Assembly: GCA_043228905.1 (NCBI GenBank)
Contig: JBHGNT010000007.1
Coordinates: forward strand, 19,034,001-19,098,000
DNA length: 64,000 nucleotides
DNA from: Azolla caroliniana
Lineage: Eukaryota > Plantae > Polypodiophyta
Direction of reading: 5' to 3'
The position numbers and the translations under genes are program-made. Positions 51,500 through 64,000 of this stretch are shown piece by piece. The notes beneath the pieces were generated by a model that did no database searches, was not told the origin of the DNA, and saw only the letters and a program-made list of their open reading frames with translations. Within the stretch, counting starts at the first letter, position 1. Each line of letters starts with the position of its first letter.

Positions 51500-53400
51500 G
51501 GTTCCCATAACATCCCTCTTCTCTAGATATATTAGCATAGATCTACATGATTCAATGTGTTAAAGGCCAATGCAAATGACAGATATGATGCCTTGTCAAC
51601 ATACAAATCCCTAAATCCTCTTGTGTCAACCTTCCTAAAGTGTACAATAGGGAGAACTAACATATTAGTTTTCCTTTTAATCGTTAAACGTGTCTTTGAA
51701 CCCCATATTGAGTATAAAAACAAAGACATTCTACATAAGGCGAATTATTATGCAATGATCCCCAATACCTTATAAACTAAAATGCTTCCTAAAAAATGTG
51801 AAGATATCTCAATTCCACATGACCACCCACCCATTGAAGCGGAATTTCAACACTCCACTCAAAGAAGCCCACATTGTAGTTATAAATTTCCAATTAGCCC
51901 TTGCCATTGGACAATTGATAAATCAATGTCAACTAGTTGTCTGTAAAGTACTTATCTTTCTTTGTATCCTAACATGGCATCATGTACATTAACCAAGTCC
52001 AATCATGCCAACACTCCAATTGCAAGGAATTTGTATTTGCCCTTTCACATAATCAATGCCACTCTAAAAAATCCAATATTATGTAAAGAGTCGCCAATAA
52101 ATTTTGAGTCTCTACTCATTTAATTTGTCTATCACTATTTACCACAGGCATGTCACTAAGAGCCTAAAATCTTTATCTTTTCATGCACGATACCTTCTTT
52201 CTCAATATGTTAAGTAAACAATAATTCCTATCCATGGTTATTGCTCCTCCAACGTAGCCTTAAGAAAGGACAAACTTCAAGCCACCATATGTAGATATAA
52301 ATTTTAAATTGCCGCCCCACCAAGACTTTCTGGAGTACAAATATGATTTCACGCCACCCAAGGCCTATTTTTATTTTCCTCTTCCATAATGTGAATTGCC
52401 TCGAGGTTGTTAACTTCTTGATAGTTTTTTATACCTTGGTAGAAATGGTAAATAATATTTTGCCATAAGAATCACGATTGATTGAACCACTTTTAGTTTC
52501 ACATGCCGATGCAATGACCATGCTTGTGTTTTCCAATACAATAATTTGTTTGCAATTTGTTCATACATATGTACAACCTATAACTTTCACGTTAGACACA
52601 TCTCAACCAAGAGGATAACGTAAATGAAAATAAATCATGTCACATTGTACTACCGCCCATGTGTAACCAAGATTCTCCAAATTTCTCTCTCTACACATGG
52701 AATGAACACTTGTTTTTGCATGTTTATCTTCAATCCCAAGGGTGTAACAAACAATTTACGCACTTGCCCAATGGTAAGGCAATTGCCTTTGTAATGTCTT
52801 CTCCTCACTAATGTCTTCTCAAAAGGCAATTGCCCAATGGTAATGCAAGTCTTACCAACTCTATGTCTCTAGCCTTTTTATAGAAGATTGTTAAAATTAG
52901 ATGAGTTACAATATAGCAAATATTAATAGACTTAATGGCTATCTTTGTCAACTGATTTCAAAAGTGAAGTGGGTTGAGTAATTCCTCCATTAAGCATGAC
53001 ACAAGAAATAGAACCCTCCCTAAATGCATTTATGAGCCATTAAATCCCCCACAAATGACCAATTCCCATTATCATAAGCCTTTTCTAGATCTAAATGTAC
53101 CATGAGCAACTAATGTTTGGTCTCCTTAGAAAAGTCCATAGTCATATGTACATTTAGAATATTATGTAGAATATCCCTTTTGGTATAAAACCATAATTTG
53201 ATTTTGTGAATAGTTATGGGTAAATATTTATGTAATGTATTAGCAAGGACATTGCCACATAATTTGTATATTAATCCCCCCAATTAAGGAAATCAATTGC
53301 CATTAAGTAAAAGATGGTGGCCATTACGTAACAACAATATATTTATCAACCTATCTTCCATGATTATGGTATGTATCTTGAATTCCAAAGTTGATGAACA
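51500..53400 (-). mobile_element. Highly degenerate L1-like LINE ORF2 relic
   Basis: Endonuclease-like LVIC.GDF remnant near 53050 and RT-like remnants at ~51550-52100. Confidence 0.35.
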
Positions 53401-53686
53401 CATAACATGATTGATCCCTTCATCTCTTGTACATACTTCTTAAATAACTCATATGTAAGCCCATCCAAACTAGGAGTCGACAATGAATTGGCTCAAGCCT
53501 AAACTGAGCCATTTAATTGTTGTTAAATGGTTTGACAGTTCGGTTTAGCGTAGTAAACTTGAGTTTTCTTAACCAGTTTGAGGTCAATATGGGTTGGCTT
53601 GAGACATACTTTAATTGGCTCAAGCCGACGCTAATTAAGTCATTTTTATATATATTTAACTAATAGATGGATAGATAGAGAGCAAT

Positions 53687-53733
53687 TGTGTGTGCATGCG
53701 TGTGTGTGCGCGTGCGTGTGTGCGTGTGTGTGC

Positions 53734-53827
<94 letters not shown>
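53687..53827. repeat. Compound (GT)/(GC)/(GA) microsatellite
   Basis: Directly visible. Confidence 0.97.
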
Positions 53828-53830
<3 letters not shown>

Positions 53831-56052
53831 ACGTCTTCTAAGGCCAAAATTGGCCCATGAGACAAATGGTTTACAACAAAAAATGGGATATTTACCCAAT
53901 CATCGAAAGTAAAAAATAAAAATAAAAATAAAAATAGAGTTTTAAGCTAAATAGTTCTAGTAAAATAACAAACATATTCTACAATGAAAATGATGTTATA
54001 CTAGGCCTAATTTCATTTCCATCCAAGTCTCTTGAAGAGAAGTGGGAGATCAAAGGGTTTCGATGTGGATGTGGCCCGTGGCCCCAATGTAAAAGGTACC
54101 CCAACCATAGCTTCTAGTCGACGTAGCTCACGTTCCCTTATCTTCTTAATCCTTTCTACTCCGTGTCGACTTGTTTTGAAGCCTAACATTCGAGGGCGTT
54201 TGGTTGTTCTTTACATTTCGGCTTCTTCAAGAGAGAGGCCGAGCGGCGTAAGTGTATCCACATTCATCATCTCCCCTTGTTCCTGAAAAATTACACTAGT
54301 TACGAGTTGATGAATAGTAAACGGGTTATGGTTAACACTTTGAAATTTATTCTCCCTATGTTGTTTTAGCTCTAAGATATACCTACCTAGTCTCTTTACA
54401 TCCGGGGTATCTAATAGTTTGGAGAGGGTGGGAGAGGGCCCTAACATGTCCTGATATTCCACTTGTATCTCGGCATAAGTTGGGGACTTGCATGTGAAGT
54501 GATACTCATCCTCTATCTCTATGTGGCACAACCTACATACCCTTTCCTCTCTAGGGACTCTATTAGCCCGACCATTCTCAATCTCAAGTTGGTGAGATGA
54601 TATCCTAAGTTGTCCAATGGCCACCCTTAGTGCATTTGATAAGAATGTATTTAGATATCTTGGTTGTGTAATAAAACCTAACTGAGAGAAGTGCAAGAAG
54701 TGTTTCATATAGTACACCATTTTAGATGGGGGTGGCTCTCATGGGGTGATCCATTTATATCGAGTCTAAATTTGCCATATTTCTTGGCGTATCACTTTAT
54801 TACGGTCTTCATGAGATATTAGAGTTTGATCAGTCCCATTGTTGTACTTAAGGGGGGTAGTTTATTAATGTCTATGCCGTTTGCAAGTAACCAACTCACC
54901 ACAGTGCTATACCAAGAGCTAGTGTCTCCAGACGCATGTAGGGATCGGAATGCCTCAAAGGCTTGACGGGATATCCTATCTTGTAGTTGGCTATGTATCC
55001 GATGAATAAAAACTACCACTTGAAACAATGCTTCTACTAACATCAGGGGCAGACTGAACTCTGCTCTAATAATGTCATGTGGTAGAGTAAGAGACTAACT
55101 TGTGTATCCCCAATAGCTACTCCCTTGCCTCCCTTACAAGCAATAAAATTAGTGATCTCATCAATGTAGATCCCAAAAAGAGTCAATGATAGGGGGCAAC
55201 CCTGTTTTACACCAATGGTGCTAGTGAAACAATTGGATAGGCCACCTTGGCATCTTACGCACCTAGAGACTTGCTCATATAGGGCATAAATGGCCCAGAT
55301 CATGTCATTTGGTATCTCCAAGCTCTTAAGCCTATCAAACAACTTCTCCCTAGGAACTGTGTCAAAGGCTTTGCGGAAGTCCACAAAGCAACAATATAAT
55401 TTCTTCTTACGAGCCTTCGTCTGGTCAATTAAGCACCCAAGTGTGAAGATATGGTCAATGTTAGAGTTATGATCTAAAGTAAGCATATGATAAGGATAAA
55501 AGATAGATATATAGAAAGGAGAGAGAGAGAGAGAAGGGTGTTGATCCACCCAACCACCCCCGAGCGAAGGGATCGAGACGGACTCGAGCCTCAATCGGCG
55601 TCCCATACCACCGCCATCGTGTCGAGTTGTACCTGGTGCTGGCACACTCGCTACAAGAGTTGACCCACCACGAAACAGAGTCTGAACATAGTCAAGATAT
55701 GATGAAATGAGGGTAGCTAGGCCTCATATTTATAGCGATACCCAAGGCCCCCAGGCGAGTTCACACTTGGCCTAATGGGTTATCTCAATCCCGAGGATTA
55801 AAAGTAATCCTCCCCTTCTTTACACTCTTGTTTAACCCTCCAGACCCTCTAGTAGTATGCCGACGTGAGGTTTGTCTAAAGACAGTTTCCCAACGAAAAC
55901 CGTCAACTTGTGGCAGTCCTTGATTTGGGCTCTGATGTGTTTCTAATAAAAAAAGTATGACAGATACCTTCAAAATCTCCTCTAGACGGCTAGGGTGTGT
56001 CCAAAGTGCACCATTATAGTTCCATAAAGTCATCCTAAGTTTATTGTATGTC

Positions 56053-56055
<3 letters not shown>
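53828..56055 (-). mobile_element. RTE-X-like non-LTR retrotransposon, internally deleted and interrupted by an LTR
   Basis: APE N-terminus (TLWNYNG...LLETH...GSGG), RT (CFVDFRKAFDTV, GVKQGCPLS), C-terminal LRISSHQLEIENGR...RVCRLC...EDEYHF; (GA)n at both ends. Confidence 0.8.
55459..55839 (-). mobile_element. Truncated LTR, same family as 44122-44579, nested in the LINE
   Basis: Clear homology to 44122-44510, starting TGTTAGAG; the other end is lost. Confidence 0.85.
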
Positions 56056-56098
<43 letters not shown>

Positions 56099-58227
56099 TC
56101 CCAAAAACTAGGAGAGAGGGATAGAGGGAAAGAAAGATACCATTTCAAGAAGAAAAACATCGTGCCAAAAAGAAGTTAGTAATCATTTTGGCCCAAACTA
56201 GTGAAGCCTTTACCGGATTAGGGTTTGGTATTTGGTTTGGTTTTGTTCAAGTTTGAACTCCTTCGAACCTGTTAAGTTTGAAACTGAATTGGTGTCGATT
56301 CCTAATCCCAAGCATGGTTTTATCATTTGCCAAATGCGACAACACACTCTCCACCTCATGCTTTGTAAAATCAAGGATGAAACAATTTGTTGTTTTCTTT
56401 TTTTATGGAGATGAAAAGATGGACTTCCCAATTGATAATCATGTGAATTTCCTTTGCCATGGAAGTGGAAGCATTAGCCATGATATATAGAGTTAAAAAA
56501 TTTAGGCATTGCCACTTGGCTTTTTTAGGCAAGCACTCTTGTACCTAGTAAACAAGACATATACATGGATGAGAATATCATGATGGATAACTACCCTTTT
56601 AGAGTTTTTCTTCGAGATCATGGTAAGCAAATGGAAAGATCATGGATTGGCAAAACATTTCTCTTGTTAAATAACATAGCAGTGCCCATGGACATTGATG
56701 ATGAAGCACTTGATGCAACCCTATCCTCCATAGACACAATATCAAAATAAAGTTCAAACATTGTTCGAGAACTAATAGAGGGACTCATGTTCTTGCAACA
56801 TATAGGCGAATACACAATTGTATCTTTGCTAAGGCATTATGAACCTTTATCATGATACGCGGATGCCTTTGTGATTGATTCAAGGAGCATATCTTACTAC
56901 AATGCACACTGGATAACAATATAATTGTCGTAGTTGAGAAAAAGCATTGCAAGAGTGGTGATGGACATTTTAGCTCCAATATTACATATTGTAAGATTCT
57001 CCATGTTGGTTTGTGGTGGCCCACCATCTTTTAACAAGACACACAAATAGGTTAAATTCTCTCATGAGTGCAAAAGGCATAAACACCCACGACATGTTGA
57101 TCATAAACCAACCAAGTAAGCCAATTCATTCTGTTGATGTGCTAGATAATGATTATACGTACCAACATGAACAAACCTATCCTTTTGTAACATTAACCAA
57201 CGAGGTAAACTCTTCCTATAAGTTAACTAAGCAAGACCAACACAATAACTTGACAACCCACATATGATCCACTCCTACTCATTCTCGTTCACTCCACCGC
57301 TCTTCAATTTCATCCTAACTCCTAACATGATCCACTACACATCATCCTCATCCAACCCATAAATCCTTTGATTTGCTCTCATCTGCACACCATTCCACCC
57401 CCCATAAATCTTTTCCATATTACACTTGCATCTGAATTATCTACATTCACACATGAAGTTATTAGAAGGTGCACTGATATTTGTGATTTTAGATTTTGTC
57501 CTCTAGTAAATTGATGAGAATGTGTAATTACTGCATGATGATAAGCATACGTTATTCTAGGGTTTGACAAACCTCTGGTTGTAGTTACTCCTTTGCTTGG
57601 ATGAGCAAGGCAGGCAGGCAATTGAAAAAGCGCATTGGACTCTTGATGGGCGATAGAGATTCCTTTTCTTGTCCGTTTGAGGAATGTTTCGATCACAGGC
57701 GTGCGTGCGTGCGTGTATGTATGATGGGGCGGGTCATCGGCTTGTACATAGGCACGAGAAATAGTGTGAGCCTGGCTTGGGCTTGGTTTGGCCTGCCTAA
57801 AGGTGTGTAAATAGTGTGTGGGCTTGCTTGGTCTGTCCATCTCAAGGATCCATATACATATCATGGACCAAGTTTTGAAGAAATTTTCAAAAGGATTATG
57901 GTGGGCGAATCATGGGCATGGCCTCATTGACTTCATCTCTGTCCCTATCTCTCTTTCTTTTAACCTCTCGCACAGCTCTAATGGTGGCTACAGAAGAAAC
58001 TCAGAAGAGAAAGAAGAAGAAAGAAGAAAGAAGAAAGGTGGAGACATGGAAAATCAAGAAACCTTAATAATAACACACAAAAAAGGAGGCTAAGAACAAA
58101 AATACCCATTTGCATCAACGGCTAGATTTAATGCCCAAATCCATCCTGTTCTTTTTTGTGTCTGTGTTGTTTCATGCTTGCTCTCTTCCTTCCTGTCTCG
58201 TAGGAATCCAAGTTTTCCTCCATAATT

Positions 58228-61200
58228 ATGCCCATTATCATGTCATCACAAATAGCAGAGAAATGGGTCCAGCAAAAGAAGAAATGGAGTGCATATTCCA
58301 TCTCTTCAAGCAAGATCATGACCATTAGAACTAGGGATTTATATGAATTCTCCGTAATGGTGAGCCTTGAAGAGTATAGGACACTGAGAGAGGTGAAGCA
58401 GAGGGTGAAAAACCAAAGGAAAGTATGGTCTCTATGGGAAAGAACTAAGGGCCCAGGATGGTATTCAGAACCTGGTCTATCAAGTATATCAGAGATTAAC
58501 CTTGTGAATCTGTCTGATTGTATTGAGCTCAAAAAACTGGTCAGGAAAGGTATACATCCAGAAATAAGGTCAAAACTGTGGATGGCCATCTCTGGTGCTT
58601 CTAACAAGATCTCTACAGTCCCCAAAACTTATTATAGGGATCTTATCTCTGCTGTTGAAGGAAAATGTACAGATTCAACTCTCCAAATAGATCAAGTATG
58701 TGTGCACAACGCATTCTATATACTTGAAGAACATTTTTTGCAACCTTAGGTTTCTTTCTTGCTCATGGATGATGGATTTGATTTCATGTAAACTTGTCTA
58801 AGAAAAGGATTTGATTTCTTGTTTTGTTTTGGGTCCTTTTTAGGATATTGCGCGCACATTTCCATCACATCCGCGGCTTGATACCCCGGAAGGGCATGCA
58901 GCATTGCGACGCATCCTAGTTGCCTATTCATTCCGGGACTCACAAGTTGGGTATTGTCAGGTGAGATTCTGATAAAAAAACCCCATTGATTATATATATA
59001 TTACAATTCTATAGGGTTATCTTGTCCAAGAATCCATCTGTTTTAGGGTTATGTGGACCCATGAAGCAGGGGTCAATCTCTGGGTAGGTGACTCTGACAT
59101 GGTTATGGCTATGCTCGGATCGCATAACAAGATGATCTTCCAAAAAACAGGGCAAAGATAGACTTGCCATTTCATGTAGTTTGGAACATGGTTTTTATGT
59201 ATAGACATGTTCAACATCAATGGTTTTCATCATGAAATACAGGGTTATCTTGTCCAAGAACCCCATTGATTATATATATATTACAATTCTATAAGGTTAT
59301 CTTGTCCAAGAATCCATGTGTTTTAGGGTTATGTGGACCCATGTAGCAGGGGTCAATCTCTGGCTAGGTGACTCTGACATGGTTATGGTTATGCTCGGAT
59401 CGCATAACAAGATGATCTTCCAAAAAACAGGGCAAAGATAGACTTGCCATTTCATGTAGTTTGGAACATGGTTTTTATGTATAGACATGTTCAACATCAA
59501 TGATTTTCATCATGAAATACAGACATGTTCAACATTAATGATTTTCATCATGAAATGAAGTAGACATAATAATATGGTGGGATGGGAGTTTGGCATAATA
59601 CATGGTGGTTCCATTCCCTTGCCCATGTAAGATCATAAGGGGTGTGAACTCAATTCTCTCTTCGATTTTAAGAGACCAAAATCAAAATGTTGGGCTGTAT
59701 AGCAAATGAATTGGGGGTGTTTAAAAAGAAATCTTGGTTTCTATGTAATAATGAAATCACAGGGAATGAATTATGTAGCAGCCCTGTTGCTCTTGGTGAT
59801 GAAAAATGAAGAGTTGGCTTTCTCGATGCTGGCGGTATTGTTGGAAAATATATTGGTCAAAGATTGCTATAGTGATGATCTCTCTGGTTGTCATGTTGAG
59901 CAAAGGGTGTTCAAAGATCTCCTTGTACATAATTGTCCAAGGTAATTGAAACTACCTCAGTTTCCTTTGCCACTCCCTCGTTTGGATTTCAATAATAATA
60001 ATTGTGATTAGGAATCGGCAACGGTTTGGTTTTGGCTTAACTGGTTTGGCCTTGTCCAAACCAAACTGTTTAAGCCTTAACCGCTTTGGGAGTTTTCAAA
60101 CTTGAACCAAACCGGTTCCTAAACCGGTTTAGCCAAGCCGATTAAGCCTTAACTGGTTTGGCCCAAATAGGTTCAGTTCGGCTTGAGCCATCCCAAACCG
60201 ATCTCAAACCGGTTAAGGAAGGTCAAGCCTGAACTGAGCCCTAAGTGTGATATAAATATCCCATCGAAAGATATCTTTATTTGTTGCAGGTTGGTGGAGC
60301 ACCTAGACAAAGTTGGTTTCGATGTCTCACTTGTTATCACTGAATGGTTTCTATGTCTTTTTGCCAAGAGCCTTCCTTCGGAGGTACTTCCTTTTCTTAA
60401 CACAGAGTATTGTGCATTATTGATCAGCCGATAGTAGAATAGGCGAGCTACTTGTGTTAAAAGTTGTGGTGAACCAGGGTTTTTTTCATTAGTTCGATAC
60501 ATGAAGGAAATTTGTGGTGTAGTATGTATGGTATCTAAAATGGAAATGTGGAGGATCAAGGAAAGAGTCAAAACCGTTGTGGACGGTTTGGGGGGCTAGT
60601 GCCTCAATAATGAGAGAGTCGAGACAATGTTATTCCGTAAGGTATTTATTTATATGCGCGTTAGGAATATAAAATGTGTGGTATGATGGAGTTGAAAAAC
60701 AAAATCTTAGGACTTGGGAAGAATTGAATGTTGGTAATGGGTTGACGCGGTGTAGTTGCTTTTTTAAACAAAGTTTTTTATCGTTTTGCTTTTGTAATAC
60801 AGACAGTGATGAGAGTGTGGGATGTGCTTTTCAATGAGGGAGCAAGGGTTCTCCTTAAAGTAGCCTTGGCCATATTCAAGGTAAGGCATAAGAGGCAGGC
60901 GTGCCACGACTTGTGTTTTTAGTTAGTTTCTCTCCAAGTTTCAAAGGTTCCGTTGCTTAATGATAGACGTTTTATATCATTAGATAAAGGAAGATGAGAT
61001 CTTATCCAAGCATACTCTAGGCGAAATCGTCAACCTCTTACAAGAGACAACACGAACTTTCTATGATCCCGATAAGCTTTTGAAGGTAGTTCGTAGTACT
61101 CAAGTGTTATGGGTTTTTTATAACATTTTCACCACATGTGATTCAAGCTTTCTCCATTTCTTGTTAGGTTGCCCACGAGATGACATTGGATTCACTCGCA

Positions 61201-61302
61201 AACCATCGTTCAAAGCATCAAGAAGATGTGATGGAAGAGTTAGAACATAGGCTCCAAAGGATATATTCCATAAATCATTGTGTCAATGAAAAGTGCACAT
61301 GA
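58228..61302 (+). CDS. TBC-domain Rab GTPase-activating protein. Exons 58228-58695, 58844-58960, 59763-59941, 60290-60383, 60803-60880, 60984-61085, 61168-61302 (start may be 58240)
   Basis: LKKLVRKGIHPEIRSKLW, IDQDIARTFP (R finger), GYCQGMNY (Q finger), [21 protein letters not shown]; all GT-AG introns are phase-consistent. Confidence 0.95.
58980..59540. repeat. 280-bp tandem duplication in TBC intron 2
   Basis: Two near-identical copies offset by 280 bp. Confidence 0.93.
60015..60245. mobile_element. MITE-like palindromic element in TBC intron 3
   Basis: Dense aaaccggttt/ggcttaa/ttaagcc motifs; related motifs at ~36895-36960 and ~53490-53635. Confidence 0.45.
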
Positions 61303-63329
61303 AGAACTTGTGGGTACCAACAAACCGTGAACATCACGATCTCCAAGCAAGGAGTTTCATCGTTTGGTGCATAAAAGAAATCTTAAGGTCTACCTTTTGT
61401 AACAGAAGAGTAGGCACCTTCTTTGTAAGATAATTATATATATATACACATGCTTCCTTCTTTTTCTTTCGAAACTCGGGAAATCACCGAATTTTTGTGC
61501 AAAATGTATTCTTCCATTGTAATAATGTCCATTCTCTCTGACTCTATAGTATACTTCAATCCATGTCCTAGAATTATTGTTGAAGGTTATGATGCCTTGG
61601 GTTTTGCTATCTTAAAATAAGAGCGTTGGATATGGATAAATGTATAGACCTAAGGCCCTTTTGACTTTATGTCTCTCAAAAGGAATATCCACCCAAAAAA
61701 AAGCTTGCAAAATTTTGTATTGAACCCTTCGTTTTGAAATATTATGTACAAAGTTGATATGATGGACAGCGTCCTAACTTACATTGGTTTTTTTTATCTT
61801 ATATCACCAAGGCATCCTACTTGCACAATCATGTTTTCTTGTGAACATCCCTTGGTTGAAAGGGTCTAGTACTACGCCTTTCTCTTCGCTATTATTCTTG
61901 TCATTGGTACCATAGTAAGGTAAGAGGAAAAATGGGTCAATGACTTGAGCATATTGTACTCGTTTAATTTTGAGGTCATTGATTGTAAAGGTTAGTTATC
62001 TATCATCTCATCTCTTTATTTGTATCCTTATGCACCAAGATTGACTCCTCAATTGGCCCATGAATTTGGCAACAAGCTATAGATTATCTCATTATCAATG
62101 AAGACTTTAGCTTTACTACCTAGATTTCATGTTGAAGGACCAATACGCTAATTTAGAGTGTTACTTCATATGGCATCCTTAGGCTAACCAAATTAGGAGA
62201 TATACTTTGAGCAAATGGATGTTACTAATCCAAAAGCATAGGAGAACACTAAATTCAACTTTGGAGCTCACTTAATACCATGCACTAATTTATGTCCTAC
62301 GAAGGATTGATAACATCTCACTTTATTTGCTTTGTTGACTTGTCAAGGGGTGTCCGTTTAAGTTTGCTAGGGGGCCATGAGAGGTTTGAGCAATACTACT
62401 TCATACTAAGGTGTTGCCAGTCAAGCCTCCACTTAAAATTTGAGAATGCTTTTGTAAATTGTTTGATAGTTTTTTGGAGACATTCTTCTCTAGAGGAAAG
62501 CCATTGTGGAGTTTAGAAAATATGTGTTCTCAATTTAAAAACAAATGGCGATTCACCAAATCCCATGCAAATATGTGTCAATCATTTTCTTATTTAAATA
62601 AGTTGTTCATGACGAGAAAAAGAAAAGAGAGTAGACTTAGGGAGGAATGGCCTTGAAGCCTACCTTCCTTTCTACAAGACAAGATATGTGTTAGCTGGTT
62701 CGTCTGGCATTCCAAAAATTGCAATTCGGTTTACGGATTTGACCACAACTCGAGCATCAACAATTTGTAACATAGGCATGTGTTCGCTCTCCTTTGAATC
62801 TCTATTAGGAAGACTCTACGCTATCCATTCAACTTCAATCTTAGGCAAAGATGTTTCAACTTTTTACCATGCATGCTCTGATCGAGCCTCTTTTAGTAGG
62901 ACTCTATGCTAGCTATCCACGATCTATTATAGGAGACTTGTCCGCATCACATGGCACATGAAGTGATGTGGGGAGTTGTTTGCTAACTTTGAGGGTTCAA
63001 CAAAGGAAGTCGAACGTATGACATTATATATATATATAAACCAATGAAAATGATGGTTATGGAAAGCATATATTAATCGTAATGGTTGATGGGCGAACCT
63101 AACATTATGGAAAGATTTCGGGAATCAAGAAGCAAAGGAATAATGTGACAAGTGAGAGCACAAAATGTGAAGGAGGAATGCAACGATGTTATAAATAATA
63201 GCTTATTTGCAATTAGGGCGCAAGAGGCGGGCGAAAATGAGTTCAAAAATTTGTTCCAACAAAGGGAATTGGGGGGGGAAGTATATTGAGCTTTTCCGGG
63301 ATTTTGTGGACTTGCAAAACATTTTCAAG

Positions 63330-63755
63330 ACCAAGGAAAGAAGAGCAAAGAGCAAAGGTCAAAAAGCAAAAAGCAAAGACCAAAGATAAAAAAAGTAAAG
63401 ACCAAAAAGCAAAGACCAAATACTAGAGACCAAAAAAGCAAAGACCAAAGACCAAAGACCAAAGAATCAAAGAAGCAAAAAAGCAAAAAGCAAAAAGCAA
63501 AAAGCAAAAAGCAAAAAACAAAAAACAAAAAACAAAAAGCAAAAACAAATTCAAAATCAGCAACGTAAGAAAAGCTGGGAAAATGAGTAAATAATAATAA
63601 TAGTATTTTACTTTTTCGAGCCATGGGAAAAAAAAGAGCAACTTTAAAAAGATAAAGAAAAGAAATAGATATGGAAATTGGAAATATCAATAAAAAGCTA
63701 AATAAGTAAATAAATAAATAAATAAATAAACAAATAACTAAATAAATAAATAAAT
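63330..63755. repeat. Low-complexity (CAAAAAG/CAAAGAC)n and (AAAT)n repeats
   Basis: Directly visible. Confidence 0.9.
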
Positions 63756-64000
63756 GTGAAGCATGCAGAATAAATAAATTAAATTCGTGGAATAAAGAAA
63801 TTCGAGGCGGGTGATGACGTGGGCGCGTCTACCAATGCAGAAGCCCACCCAAATTATTTTTTTCCAATTTATTTATTTTCATACGAATTTGACATAATTG
63901 ACAAAGCAAAAAAAATGGGAAAAAACGAATGAGATATCCTTAACCGTCCGATTCCACAGTACAAGATAAATGTTAACCGTCCGATCCTCAAAAGTTTTAT

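Noticed and set aside
56400-57270. Possible transposase relic
   Set aside because: No motif I can assign with confidence.
61800-62950. Possible gypsy integrase relic
   Set aside because: Only a faint HPQAN-like remnant; too degenerate to call.

Overview
Plant genomic DNA with introns and many retroelements; a fern or other seed-free plant is my inference, not a demonstrated fact. Four host genes are supported: the 5' part of a CDF/MTP1 zinc transporter (-), a kinase-only ATG1 (ATG1t-like, 8 exons, -), an At5g45410/At4g25030 (NHR2)-family gene (-) and a 7-exon TBC-domain Rab-GAP (+). Mobile DNA includes a very young Ty1/copia element (14633-20238, ACTGG TSD), two solo LTRs with TSDs, an RTE-X-like LINE, and hAT, gypsy and L1 relics. 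The 11-37 kb region is a repeatedly duplicated RNA polymerase III gene cluster. It holds three U6 snRNA genes (+) with USE and TATA promoters. On the opposite strand it holds five paralogous ~90-100 nt box C/D-type RNA genes that I do not recognise. These use the same USE-TATA-(+1) geometry as U6, share a scaffold with compensatory base changes, and each carry a different 10-11 nt segment at the D' guide position. A ~5 kb, 232-bp satellite grew from the 3' end and flank of one of them. This RNA family is the best candidate for an undescribed system in the window.
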